DNA from: the human T2T-CHM13v2.0 reference genome, Homo sapiens
Direction: 5' to 3' (one strand)
DNA: 64,000 nt
Assembly: GCF_009914755.1 (NCBI RefSeq)
Contig: NC_060936.1
In this document: piece by piece, positions 42,850 through 57,200 of the stretch
Layout: each line of letters begins with the position of its first letter
Numbering within the stretch: position 1 is the first letter of the stretch
Notes under the pieces: generated by a model
The model's database searches: none
What the model saw: only the letters and a program-made list of their open reading frames with translations
What the model was told of the DNA's origin: nothing
Translations under genes and position numbers: made by a program

Positions 42850-44960
42850 CTATTTATTTATTCAATCAACATCTGCTAAGTAGAATATGCAGTCTGTGGT
42901 AACTAGGGATTAAAAGATGAATTCACATACATGGATGCTCTCTAGGAGCTCTGAATCTGGTGGGGCAAACAGACAGATAATTATAATGTACTACTGTTAA
43001 TTCAATAATACAGACTTGTATAGGATACTATGGAAGTACAGAAGAGAGGCTCCTAACACAGCCAGGAGAAGTCACTAAAGGCCCTGTGAAAGCAGGAGTG
43101 GCAGGTATAGGGCCTGAATAGGTAAGGAGCAGAGACAGAGACATAAGAAAAGGAACAGGGGCAAGAAAAAAACATCATGTGAGGGAGACACTACCAGCAG
43201 CTAGGAATGGCAAAAAATATGAAGAAAGCAGTGGTGAGAGGTCTGCCTGAATCAGTCTATGCATCAGGGTAAGAAACTAGAGATTTCCCCTGTAGGCTCT
43301 GGGGAATCACGGAGGGATTAAATTAGGGTCAGTGGAATACTCTGGTGGATATGGAAAAAGACTGGAGAGACCCAGCGTAGAGACCAAGTGGGAAGTTAAT
43401 ATAAGGGAACAGATTATGAGGGCTAGATCAGCAGAAGAGTAATGGATGAGGAGGAAAAAAAAAAGAAAAGAAATATTTAAGAAAAAAAATTGCAGTACTC
43501 ATAGATGAAAAAATGATAAAATCAAAGATAATGTTTACTTGATGTCACTCTACTTATAGTGGCATCAAACAACTAAAAATTCAGAGTAGAAGTGATAATT
43601 TTCATGCAAAAGTGATGGCTACGGTTTTGGATATGACGTGGCTGAGGTGGCTGAATGATGTTGCATTGCAGTTATTTTTCCAGCAGATGGACACTCCAGT
43701 CCGAAGCTGAGGGAGGAGATCTTCAGAGGCCACGCTATGGGAAGCCAGAAGTTAATGAGAATAGCCTAGACAATCTAGAAAAGATCTGAAGGAAAAAGGG
43801 GAACAGCTTAACACCATCTGGGTTCCAACAACAGTTCAACAAAACGTGGAGGAAAGGCGCCTATCGGCAGATAAAATTAAAGTTAGACAAAAATTAATAA
43901 AATCATGAAGAGTATGGTATAACAAAAGCCAAGGGAATTTCAAGATTGAGGGAGTAAACTAATTGTGAAAAACAAACAAAACAAAAAGCAGAAAGTATTC
44001 TAGAGACAAAAATAACATCTCTGGGAATGATTAGAAGCTGAATTTATAATAACACCACTTCCATTAGAACAGAGGGTAGAAATCATATTGCAAAAGGGTG
44101 AGGACTGAATGACAGGCAACGAAAAGGAGAAAGCAAATGTAGACTATTCTTCAGAGGAAGTTGATGAGAGGTGAGGAGAGACATTAATAGCAGCTGTAGA
44201 AAGATGTAAAGTGAAGCAAAGGCTTTTTTTCAGGTAGCAGGGTTCTGAGCACATTTATTGGCTGAAAGGGGCAAATAGAAATGGAGAGTTTCAAATGTAG
44301 GAAAGAGAGAAACTAACCAAAATTCCGGAGGAGGCTAGAAGACAAGGCAGAGGTGGAGCAATCAGTTTAGAATGAGAGTGGCATCTCATCCTCTGGGCCC
44401 TGAGGAATGGAGCTATATAAATGGATGAAGGCAGATGTGCTTTATGGGTAGGGAAAGGGGAAGGTAAGGAAAATCAGGCCTGACAGAAGAAATTTTCTCA
44501 ATGATAAGGCAAGCTCATATCCAGAAAATTAGAGAGATTGGAATTGAGGAAGAAAACTGGAACAAGGTTCCAGGAAGTTCTCGATGGTTATTGTGAGAAA
44601 TGAAAGAGCAAGCAAAACCACCACAGACATTAAAAAGAGTGATAGAAGATGCCAAGACCTTAGGTGAGACCACATGAATTGTAATATTATCAGATCTCCC
44701 TTTTCTGTGATTTTTCTCAAAACGTGCCTAATCACTGTGACTGAGCATCAGAGAAGATGAACTCCAGCATTCAGGGGAAGAGAAGCAGACTGGAGGACTT
44801 CAGCAAAGACAAGTTATGAGGAAATAAAAATTGCTTTTGATGAACAATAGGCTTTGGGCTTAAAAACAGGGTGAGAGGCCTGGATGGCATCACCAGACTG
44901 GGAAAAACACAGGAATCAAAGAACTGGAAGAACTCCATGATCTAAAGGAACAGGTCTTAT
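42850..44960 (-). mobile_element. Long diverged L2 remnant
   Basis: tttattcaatcaacatctgctaag start, then purine-rich L2 segments (aggatactatggaagtacagaagagagg; aatgtagactattcttc). Confidence 0.6.
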
Positions 44961-45164
44961 GAGAGTGAGTTTGTATGAAATCTCAAACAGCACAAACTTA
45001 TGGTAGGATATTTGTTTAAATTACATACACAAATGTTAAAATGAAAGGCAGCTCTATGGTTTATATCAGCACAATTACAAATAAACTGTAACATCTAAAA
45101 CTTTTTCAAATGTTCCTCAAGAGTTTAGTCTGATGAGTGCTACAGTGTTCAAATACACATCATC

Positions 45165-45480
45165 CTTAGGGATCAGTTCACCTACAGCTGAAATTCAGTC
45201 ACCTTCAGTGGGGAGCATAGCAGCTGTTTAGAAGCACACAGCAACAATACACAGCAGTTTCTGAGCAAATGAAGAATAAAATATCCAAATGAGATTACAA
45301 GAGGGGTTTAGGTAGGCAGAATATAATTACCCAAACTGGAGTAACCAGGATAACAAAGTAACTTTCCACCATTAGCAAAAAGAGACATGGGATCTTCAAT
45401 GACCGCTAATAGTCTGATTTTTCATTTCATATAAAAGAAAGTCAATTTGTCAGTTTATCCTACTCAATGCAATGGTCTTT
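45165..45480 (-). mobile_element. Probable AmnSINE1 (Deu-domain SINE) copy
   Basis: cagttcacctacagctgaaattcagtcacc...gcagctgtttagaagcacacagcaaca...tttaggtaggcagaatataattacccaa...catgggatcttcaatgacc follows, in order, my recollection of the reverse AmnSINE1 consensus. Confidence 0.72.
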
Positions 45481-47569
45481 AGGAAAAATTAAAAATAAAG
45501 GAGTCAATTTATCTTCCAATTAATCTACTAGGAAGACTAAAGAACATCTCATTGAGGAATATAGGCACATAAAAACATTGCTAAAATTGCAATCCCTGCC
45601 TCTAACTTCCCAACAGTCACATTGGAGTTGTATCACCTCTAATTTCATTTGATTCAAGACAAAGACAAAGTAGCCATATTCTTTTAGAACAAAAATGAAC
45701 AGCCATGTGGATTTTTTACATAGTACTCTTCTTCGGCAAAAAGCCACAGAACTTTTTTTAAAAATCGTTTCCAAGGATGAAAGTGACTTTGCCAAGCAAA
45801 GTGGCTTCAAAACAGGCCTCAAAAATACTAATAGAAAGACAGATGGTTCTACTAAGAGCTTGGCTGCCAAAGTGGAAAAAAAAAGTAAAAAACAAAACAA
45901 AAAAAAAAGGAGTGATGCTATTGAAGCTGACTGCAAAGTTATCCGATGACTACAAATACTTTTGTCCCATTGCAAGTGCTAACTCTGCCTCCAGGGCTGA
46001 TATAGCCAAAATACTAACTTCCCCACATCCAATCCCCCTGTATTCCTACCCCTCCTAAATGAAACCTGTCAGTGCCAAGCCCCAGAAAACAGCACAAGCA
46101 TGCACTTGATTCTGACTGACTGCTCTGCAGAAGCAAAATATTGCATTGAAGAACTCCTATTTAGGAACAGACCCACAAGGAAAATTGCTTTTCTTTTCAA
46201 AACTGCCTGTCACATTTTCTTTTTCTAATTCCCCTCTTCCTCCTCCTCCCTGTCACCAAAGGGCCCCTGGGCCCTATGAGTTTATATGATACAAACTCAA
46301 TTTGTATAAAGAAGGCAAGAAGCAGCACCACAGAGAGGTGAAGATAGTTTGCAAGGATAGAGAAATAATCCAGTCAAGACACAGTGCAATTTTCTCTCCA
46401 AACTACTACTACAATAATACCTCCACTTTATTTCCTTCAGGGCAACTGTCATTTCTTTTTAACCAGATTGCTACTAGATATAATAGAAACTGAAATATTA
46501 TATGGTCACTGACTCTTTCTTTCAATGGCTCATTTCACTACTGCATTTTTACTTTTGCATGATGTGTTTATTGTTGGCAATATTACTAGGATACAACCAC
46601 TTTCAAAGGATATAGAATTAAGACCTCTGTTACTTTAACACAATAAAATTTCATTCTTAATGCTATGCAGGTTTATCTTAAAAATTCTTGTTGTTTTATA
46701 GTAAACTTTATTTTCAAATCTGAAGCATCATGTTCTTACAAAGCATTAGTTCTTATTAATATACATTAAATTCATATCAAATTTCAAAAAATGATGACAT
46801 GTATTATAAATACAATACATGCTTAAACAAAATATATTTGTTGACTTCAGGTATAATCTCCATATTAAAAGTTGCTAATCATAGAAACTTAAGGGTTGCA
46901 AAAACATGGTGTAAAATAAGAAAATGGTGAAAAGATATGGGAGAAACACAGCTATTTCATTTGCTAAAAATTGTTTTGAGCTGAATAAATGAATTCAAAT
47001 GGTAATTATGAAAATATCTTAGATAATTCATTATTTAAAATTGGGTTATTATTCTAATATATAGCTATTTCTTAAAGTATTATTTTACACAGCTGGTGCT
47101 TGATCAAATCAAAATCTTTATTATACAATTCTACTTGTTTCCTAAAGCGTGTGTGACTATTTGTATTACTTATCGTAGTTCTTGACCACAATACAGCATG
47201 GTCATTTGAATGTGCTTGTCTGTTAATGTGAACAGAATCAAGATTTGCAAATACTGCTAGTACAATCTTACTTTATATCATGCATTACTACATTAATGGT
47301 CATTTACAAGAAAATGAATGAGAACATAAAATATAGTGACCAACATGAAATATAATATAGTTTTCAATTATATTTCTTAGGTATCCATGATTAGAAAACA
47401 ATAAAATTCCCTATTACTTTCTAATTTGTGATGCTTTGCCCAATGGTTTCTATTAGATTATCAGTTATTTTTCCCCATGTAATATAAAATTAATAAAAAT
47501 GGCAGTATTCTTATGTTGAATTTCAGTTCAACATAAGTTCTTTGAAAAAAATCTCAAAAATTACCAAAT

Positions 47570-47755
47570 GTCGGGAGGGATGAACTGGGGACACAGGTAA
47601 TGGGTATAAGGTTTCTTTTGGGAGTGATGAAAATGTTCTGGAATTAGTAGTGATGGTTGCAAACCATTGTGAATATACCAAAAAGCACTGAATTATATAC
47701 TTTAAAAGGGTAAGTTTTATGGCATCTGAATTACATCTCAATTTAAAAAAAAACC
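47570..47755 (+). mobile_element. L1MB 3' end
   Basis: gtttcttttgggagtgatgaaaatgttctggaattagtagtgatggttgcaa...tgaattacatctcaatttaaaaaaaa. Confidence 0.85.
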
Positions 47756-48058
47756 ATAGCAAGTAAAAAACAACTTACAAAAATATATAACTTCACTAAT
47801 ACCTGAAGCAGGATTGAGTGTACTTTGAAATAGGCATGTTTTGGAATAATGTTTTGCATTTTTATAAAGGGCTGTCACATACACTAGTTTATGTATACTT
47901 TATCCAGCCTCCTAGAAATCAGTAGGTCAGGTGTTATTTCCAATTTTATGAATGAGGAAAACTGATAAGAAAACAAATAGTTTTGGGAACTTACACATGA
48001 TCACATAGCCACAAATTCTTTGATTATTCTGAGCAAAGTATAAATCAAAATACAGTAA

Positions 48059-48477
<419 letters not shown>

Positions 48478-49202
48478 TGAAAGCTAAAATTCTATTATGT
48501 CTTAAGAGATTTTTATACCAAGGGTCGCATTTTTACTGATTTTAATTTTCATCTTTATATTGTGTCTTATTTTGCTTTTTGTTTTCTGCACAAAATATTT
48601 TTCAAAATTTCTCTATATATACTACTATATATACTACTATGTAATATATATACTACTATATATTACTTTAACCATCTGAAAATTGAGCAGAAAAATAGAG
48701 ATGCAATAGAACGACATAGTACCTGGCATAAAATAAAAGGATATTTAACATAGTAATTGCCATTTGGTGTTAATTTCTTAATACACCCTATCCTGAAGAT
48801 CTTAAATTGTTAGTCGGCTTTGCCTATTTTGGTAGAAAACAGAAAAATTTTTTTGATATTTGACTGAAGAAAGATTGATCATAAAATGTAAATGTTTCAC
48901 TCCAACAGGCTAATTTTCATAAAAAGTATGTGATATTCACATTTACTTCAAAGTCTCTTGAAATCATTCCCAAATATCTTGACGTTGACTTGTTTCTTGC
49001 TGATATTTCCCACATCACTACTATGTATCCTGTGCAATGAGCTTTTGATTATTATATCTTTAACATTTTTAATATCTTGCCTATGTTGGTTTGCTCTTCC
49101 CCAAAAGACTTACAATTTTTTTCTGGCCAAGAGACCTTTTATTCTTCTATCCGTCCTCAGAGTGCAGACTGCACAGTGTAGCTGAAAACTTCACCTGACT
49201 TA

Positions 49203-50173
49203 GCCCAGAAATAACCCCAAGCCTACAAGGTCAACTAATTTTCAACAAAGGCACCAAGATCACACAATGTGGAAAGGATAGTCTCTTCAATAAATGGTGC
49301 TGGGAAAACTGGATAACTACATGCAAAAGACTACAATGTGACCCCAAGCCATACAAAACACACAGAGAAAGTCAACTGAAAATGGATTAAATACTTAAAT
49401 GTAAGACCTGAAACAATAAAAATCCTAGAGGAAAATAGCTTCTTGAGACTGGCCTTGGCAATGATTTTTTTAATATCACACCAAAAGCTCAGGCAGCAAA
49501 AGCAAAAATAAACAAGTGGACTACTTCAAACTAAAAAGTTCTGCACAGCAAAGGAAATAATCAACAAAATGAAAAGATAGCCTATGTATTGGGAGAAAAT
49601 ATTTGTGAACTATGGGGTTAATGTCCAAACCATATAAGGAACCCAACTACAAAAATCAACAAAGGACCTGAACAGACATTTTCCCAAAGAAAACATAAAA
49701 ATGGCCAATAGGTATGGTAATACCTATCAATCATCTGGGAAATGCAAATCAAAGCTACAATGAAATACCACGTCATATCTATTAGGATGGCTATTATCAA
49801 AAAGACAGGAGATAAATGTTGGCAAGCGTATAGAGAAAAGGGAACCCTGTATGCTATTGGCAGGAATGTAAATTAGCACAGCCATTAATGCAGGGATGGT
49901 GAAAATGGGGAGATGTAGGTCAAAGGGGACTAAATTGCAGTTATATAGGATGAACAAATCTAGAGATCTAATGTACAGCATGAGAGCGATAATTAATAAA
50001 ATTATATACTGAAAATTTGCTTAAAGAGTAGATTCTAGGTGCTCTTAATACAAAAAAAAGTAATTATGTGAGGTGATGGACATGTTAATTTACTTGACTG
50101 CAATAATCATTTCACTACGTATACGTACATCAAAATATCATGTTGTATACCCTAAATATACACAAATAAAAAC
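49203..50173 (+). mobile_element. L1MA: ORF2 3' fragment plus 3' UTR, internally deleted
   Basis: ggaaaggatagtctcttcaataaatggtgctgggaaaactggata...aaatgcaaatcaaagctacaatgaaataccac...catgttgtataccctaaatatac. Confidence 0.88.
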
Positions 50174-52464
50174 AGGCAAATGAATAACTGAATATTTTTT
50201 ATCCATGAACCCCTAAAAAAGCTACACTTTATACTCAAGAACAAGTTTTTCCTCAAAACCCGGCTTAAGTGTCGCTGTCTTTATGAAGACTATCCAAACT
50301 CTTCAAGCAAAATACACTCATTCATTGAGCGCTCACTTGGTGCCAGGTATTGTTATAGTCTCTAGGGCTGTTGCAACGAATAAGGCAAGTGCTGTGAAAC
50401 AAGCGAAGCTAGGGCAGAAGAAAAGGAATACCGGGGCAGAGACTGCAAGTTTCAATGTGGAATCCACGACACAGTGACATTTGAAGACATGGAGGAAGTC
50501 AGACAATAAACCTCTGAACTATGTAGTGTAATGAACTATGTAAAGTAATGCCTTGAATTATGGCACTTTTCTCTCCGTTATTTGGGAGAGGAGATGCGGA
50601 AAAACCTAAGTTAACAGTGTTCTTACTGTGTTCAACAATGTTTCCCTCTCCTGTGTGTCCTCCATACAACTATACCATTAGGTTGACATTATTTGTGTCT
50701 GTCTCCATGGCTAAGCTGCCTGAAGAGTAAGGGCATAGCTAACTCATATTGGTATCCACAATACCTAGCTTAAAGCCTCAAACATAATAAATGCTCATTA
50801 TTTCTTCACTGAAGTGATTATTTAAAAAGATATTCACTATTATAAAAGTCTTATGTTTTAGCTTTAATTTCTTCTTATAGTAGCAACTAGCTTATTACAA
50901 CATTCATATTATACAATGGATCTTAGGCTTTATTCCATTTTCATTCAGGATTCATGACTTTTCCTCAGAGCAATGCCTTAAACTATGGAAAATAATTGAT
51001 TCAATTTCCCCCCACCCTTTCCATTCTGCTCCTCAGATCCTAGTTTCAGCCTTGACGATGCCCACAGTTAGGTTTTGTGTGTTTCATTAGATGCAGAGAA
51101 ATAAAAACTTATGTGTCCTTAATGAAATAACCCAAGAACTGCATTTACGTGTTCTTTAAGATAAAAAACAAACGTTGATTACTCATATGAAATGAATGTA
51201 AGCTTATTAGCAAATCAGAAATAATTAGAAAATAAGTTCAAATTGAGACACTGTGTGCCATTAAACACATTTCAACTTTTTGCTACCTCAGTTACCAGGA
51301 CAATATAAAGTAACATAACTGGAACATATAGCAATACATGAAATATGAAGCTTTAGCTGCAGACATGATCCGTATATGTGGAAACAACCCCACAAAACTA
51401 AAGCAAAACAAAACCTTTTTATTAAAAATTCAAATCAATAGCTGCATCCTTAAACTCTGTGCATTATTCTTATTTTGTTACAGAAGGTAAATGTGATTAT
51501 CCTGCTTATATTTCTTTTGTTCAAATTTCCCAGTGAGTAATTTCTATTTTTTAGCTAGCAGGTGCTAGATTGGTGTGAATGGCTAGTGATTGGATATTTA
51601 TTTGTTTGTAGCATGCAGAGTATACTGAGTCAGTAATGCAAAATGTTACATTAGTGGTAAGAAGCGTTCCCGCAAACAAAAACAAAGATAATATTTCAAT
51701 ACAGCTCCCCCAATTCAACTATATTAGGGCCAAGTTAATGACTAGTTCCATTCCTTAAGATGTGAAAAATCATGCTCTTTGAGTAATAATGGATGCTGTC
51801 TCACAGTATCTGATGGAACACAGCAATGAGATGCTTGTCTAACTATACCATAGCTAAGGACACACTAGCAGTTTGCCACTCACTAGAACACTTGTCACTG
51901 AAAATAAAACATGTGTGAAATTACCAAAAAGGCCATGGTAGATGTTTCTTGAGCTGAAAATGTGAAATATTTTTGTAATTGGACAACCCATTGAACATAG
52001 TGTCATTTATGTAATCATGAGTTTTTTAATCTTCTAGTCAAGAAGAAATATTATACAATCTACCATTGTAAATATACCCAATAATAAAGAATAGCACATT
52101 ACTTGCAAAAATCTGAGCAAAGTATGGCTAATTTTACTACTTTGCTAAATTTACTTTATACTTTCCAGCACAAAGCACTGTAACCTGCCTACACATAATG
52201 ACAATATTTAAATAAAGATGAATTATGTAATACCATGGGTACCTTACTAAATCTATAGACTGCTTTCTTGATTAGAAATAATTTTTCTTTGTCATCAAAA
52301 TTGTGGCAATTCTAATTTTATATAGACATTTTATGGGATGAAAAGAGAACATAGACGGACAACATGAATTCTTTCCATCCACTTGCCCTCTACCAAAGGC
52401 ACTTTGATGGGCAGTTGTTAATGTTAATACCTATTCTGTTTCCCTCAGCTTCTTTTATAATGCA

Positions 52465-52645
52465 TTTTTTCTATGTTGACCTTTGCACAATTCTATCTTT
52501 ACTCTTTGAAACTCACAAAAACCCTATAAGATAAATATTTTCATCACCCCTATTTTACAGATAAAGAAACGGGAAGCCTAAAGTCAAACAGATAGCAAAT
52601 AAAAGAGCTAGAATTCAAATCCAGGCCAGCCTACCTACAAACTAG
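52465..52645 (-). mobile_element. MIR SINE
   Basis: cccctattttacagataaagaaacgggaag...agctagaattcaaatccagg. Confidence 0.7.
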
Positions 52646-53210
52646 GCTTTTAATCACTATACTTTGACTCAAGCAAAGGATAAAATACTTATAAATAAAT
52701 CTTACGTATCAAAATAAATTATAATTATAAATTAATCCTAAGTATCAAAATAAATTATAACTTGTATAAAAAATTTTAAATGACAAAAACCTTGACACAG
52801 CATGAAAATAATTATTTCAGCATGTAAATTCTTCTAAAGTATGGATAATGATTACAACAAAACTATTAAACATTAGATATCCTAGGAATCTTTTCTGCTA
52901 TAATACAAGTAGATCCTGGATGCATAATAACCAATAAACTTTTTCTATGCAGAGCCTCCAAGAAAGTTGGAGGTAGGAGAAAGAGAAATCTAGTAAATCG
53001 AAAGTAGTTTGGAAGAATGGGGTAAATGTAGACAGCACTTAGAACCTAAGATGATGCCTTGGGTCCCTCCAAACCTCAGTCTCTCACACTAACCCAGGAC
53101 AATCAAAGGGGATATTCCTTTGGTGAAAGATTAGTTTAAAAAGAAAATCTGGCAATTAAGGTGAGGATACCAGGACATTTCTACAATGCTTTTGGTGGAA
53201 TACCACTGAC

Positions 53211-53238
53211 GCTGCTGCTGCTGCTGCTGATGATGATT
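53211..53238. repeat. (GCT)6-(GAT)3 trinucleotide repeat
   Basis: gctgctgctgctgctgctgatgatgat. Confidence 0.85.
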
Positions 53239-53813
53239 CTTTGACAAATATTTATTAATTGCCTATGATGTATCAGATATAGTTCTAACTACTTGAAATA
53301 CTATAGTGAATAAAACAATAAAAGCCTTGATTTCATGAAGGCTACCTTCCATTGCAATAAAATGCTAATAAAAATAATGTACTACTATAACTCAATCACA
53401 CAGACTTTACCTAACTTAGGTCTGGAGTTCAAACCAAAACTTCCTAAATGGTCAGTAAAAACTCAATCTCCAAAATTAGAAATAAGTGTTTCCTAGTTTG
53501 TACTGCCTACTAGAAACTTGTAGAATAACCCAGTTCAGTATTTAAGGAGCATCAATTTAGATACTCTGATTCCCACAGATGAAGTTCAGCCAAACATTAA
53601 TACACAATTTAAATTTAACAAATATTTAATACATGAGGAATGATTCAGCTTGTGTAAAGCAAAATAAGGAAAACAGCAGATTTAGACACCCAAAGATATC
53701 GAGGTAGTGGATAATCAGATAAAAAAATAAAATAATATGCTTAAAATATTTGCTTACAAAAAGGTTGCAATAAAAATTAGTAACAAGTAAAAAAAAAACT
53801 TGAAAGAAGTTCA

Positions 53814-54219
<406 letters not shown>

Positions 54220-57200
54220 TTAGACGTGATGAGAAATGTCACTAACCATAAAAGAAATCCAAAGAAATGAACTAGATTTCAGTCCACAGAGACAGAAAGA
54301 TGGAAAATATAAAAGAGAGGTTAAGTGTCATAGAGTCTAAAATAAGATGGTTTAACAAATGCTTGGTCAAAAATTTTAGGAGAAAAAAAATTTTTTTAAA
54401 TGGAGGAAGGCAATATTCTAAAAATTAATGACTGATAACTTTTCTGAATTTGAAAGATATAGGCCCATAAATGTAATGGGTAAAATTTACACAAGCAGGA
54501 CAAATGAGAGGAAAAGGTCAGTCAATACTCTGTTATAAAACTAAAGACTATGAAAGGCAAAGATAAACCTTAAAAGCAGTCAGCTAGAAGTCATCAACCT
54601 AGGTGTGATAATTAGTTTAACAATAAATATCACAACAGTAGTATTAGACGTCAATGGAAAAAAATAAACTGACAAAAATATGTTTCCAGTAAACACTTTC
54701 AAGAATAAATCCAAAAGAAAGGCCAGTGATTTTTCCATAAAAAATAGTCTATCACAAATTCTTTCACTAAAGAAATTTCTAAAGGATGTGTTTCAGAAAC
54801 AAGAAAAGGGAACCTAGAAGAAATAGGTAAGATGCAAATAGAATAGTGAGTGAAAAAACTGGTGAACATGTGACTAAATACAAATATACTTTGTATTAGC
54901 TAGTGTCTAATATTTGAAGAAAAAATGAGCTCAATTCAACAATATTAGCATGTAAAACAAGAGAGGAGTAGCCATAGCTAGGGAGTGCTATGGTTATTTT
55001 AAAACTCAGGAGGAGCAATACAGTATTCATTAATTTTAGACTCTCTGAGCATAAGTAGAAATGTTAAATTTTCAAAGAAAACCCATAAAAAATAGAAAGA
55101 TAGTAGATAATACCCAAACTGATAAATAGAAAATATAAAGAATGCTAAAAATTAATACATAAAAATAAAAGAAAATAGACACAAAAGGTGATACACACAG
55201 AAAGTATGAATTAAATGACAGACCTAAGTTTAATTACAATAAATATAAGTGGAGTAAGCTCATCAGTTAAAAAACAGAGACCAAGAGATTGAATATTTTT
55301 AAAAATCCAGCTATAGTTTACAAGAGATATACTTAAATCATAATAACAAAAAAGGTTGAAAAAGATGAAAAAACATCTATCAGGCAAATATTAACCAAAA
55401 AAGTAAACAAGTCTAAAGTATGTATATTAGAATTAGACAAAATAGACTTTAACACACAAAGCATAATTGTGGACACGGAGCTTCTATTATAAGTTATAAC
55501 TTAAGAATTATTATGTCTTTCTGTTAATTCAAACTTTAGTGTTATAGAAATAATATAAAGTTATTACTGCTTCAGCACTTTTCAAAAGAATCCAAATATG
55601 CATAACAAAGGCAAAAATTATAATTGTATATTTTAATGTATTTTAAAACATTTATATGAACATGAAATAGTTTATAATGAACTAACACTAAAGTTTCAAT
55701 TAACAGGAAGACATAATAATTCTTGTTATATCCATCCAGTAAAATAGCCTCACAATTTATGATGAAAAATTTAGAGAACTACAAGGAGAAATTAGCAATC
55801 CCCCATTATAATGGAACATTTTAGCACAACTTTCTTAATTACTGATAGCTCAAGAAAAAAAAATTTAGGTGATATAGGCAATTTCTACAACATAATTAGC
55901 AAGCTTACTCTAATGGATATATGTAGAATTCTGCATCCAATAATTACAGAATACAAATTCTTTTCAAAACCCACAGAACATTTATAAAAATTGTTCACAC
56001 ACTAAGCCATAAAGCAAGATCGAACAGATTTCAGAGATTTAGTGCTGTACAAAAATATGATGATAGTATTTAGTCTTAGATGAAAAGGGAAATCTTCATA
56101 TTTTAAAATGAACCAAAATGAACAATTTCATTTTCTGAATAAGTGGTTTTGCCTTTAACTTTAGGTTTATGAGGTATATTTTAGAAGAGGCTGAAACATT
56201 TACTTGTGAATTGAGTCTAAGTTTCCATTAAAAATACAATTTGATTATTGAAATATGATCCTTTGTTTCTAAATATGCTTTACCATTGACAAGTGGGATC
56301 ATTAAAATTGCTGTGTTTGTTCTCATTAATGTGTGGGTGGTTGGCAGGAATTAGAGGTTATTTAATATCATGTAGTGGTTAGCAATTCAAAACCTGTACA
56401 GTTTGAAGATTGCACTATTGGGAAAAACAATCAAGAATAAATTTGAAGCCACTATGTTTTTTAAAAAAATTAACATCACACACAAAGCTTTTAAATTCTC
56501 AACATAAATCTTAAGCTCTTTGTATAATATCTTCTTCATTGAAATAACAAAGAAAAGAATTCAAAATATTACATGTTTGAAAAAATACATACATGTATAA
56601 AAATGTTTTTCAAAAATTGAAAATAAAACAGCAATGAAATTGATATTAGCAGGAAATAAGATGAAAGCTGACTCCATCTTGTAAAATAAAGAAAAAGCTA
56701 CTTAAGTAGTTGAATATAATTTTGATAAAACCAACATCTCTAACGTTTTCAGTTCCCATTTGTCACCTGACTTCTTGAGCACTTTTGAAAGGAATGTAAA
56801 TATGTATCATAAAGGCAAAAATTATTGCATATTTTAATGTATATTAAAACCACATTTATATCAACACAAAATAGTTTGTAATGACTAGCTTTTTTACAAT
56901 TATTGTGATAGCATTTACACAAATTTATAAAGGGAGTAAGATCTCCAATGTGATATGCAAGTAATTAATGTGATAAGCAAGTAACTAAGCCCTAATGATG
57001 GTGTAAATCTGAGTGTTAAACATATTTCTAAATCCAGAAGAAGGAAATACATAATAGAGATTTCTTAGCTTTTTAGTTATTCTGCTTGTGTCTGATTGTC
57101 CACGCTGCCAGTGGGATTATTCTTCAGTACATTCCATTTTATATTTTTTAAAAAATGAAATGGAATGCATCAGAATTTCAAAAAGAAAACTGGTGAAAAC

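Noticed and set aside
45520-46058. Three overlapping ORFs, one Lys-rich
   Set aside because: Lys/Phe richness comes from A runs. No homology recognised.
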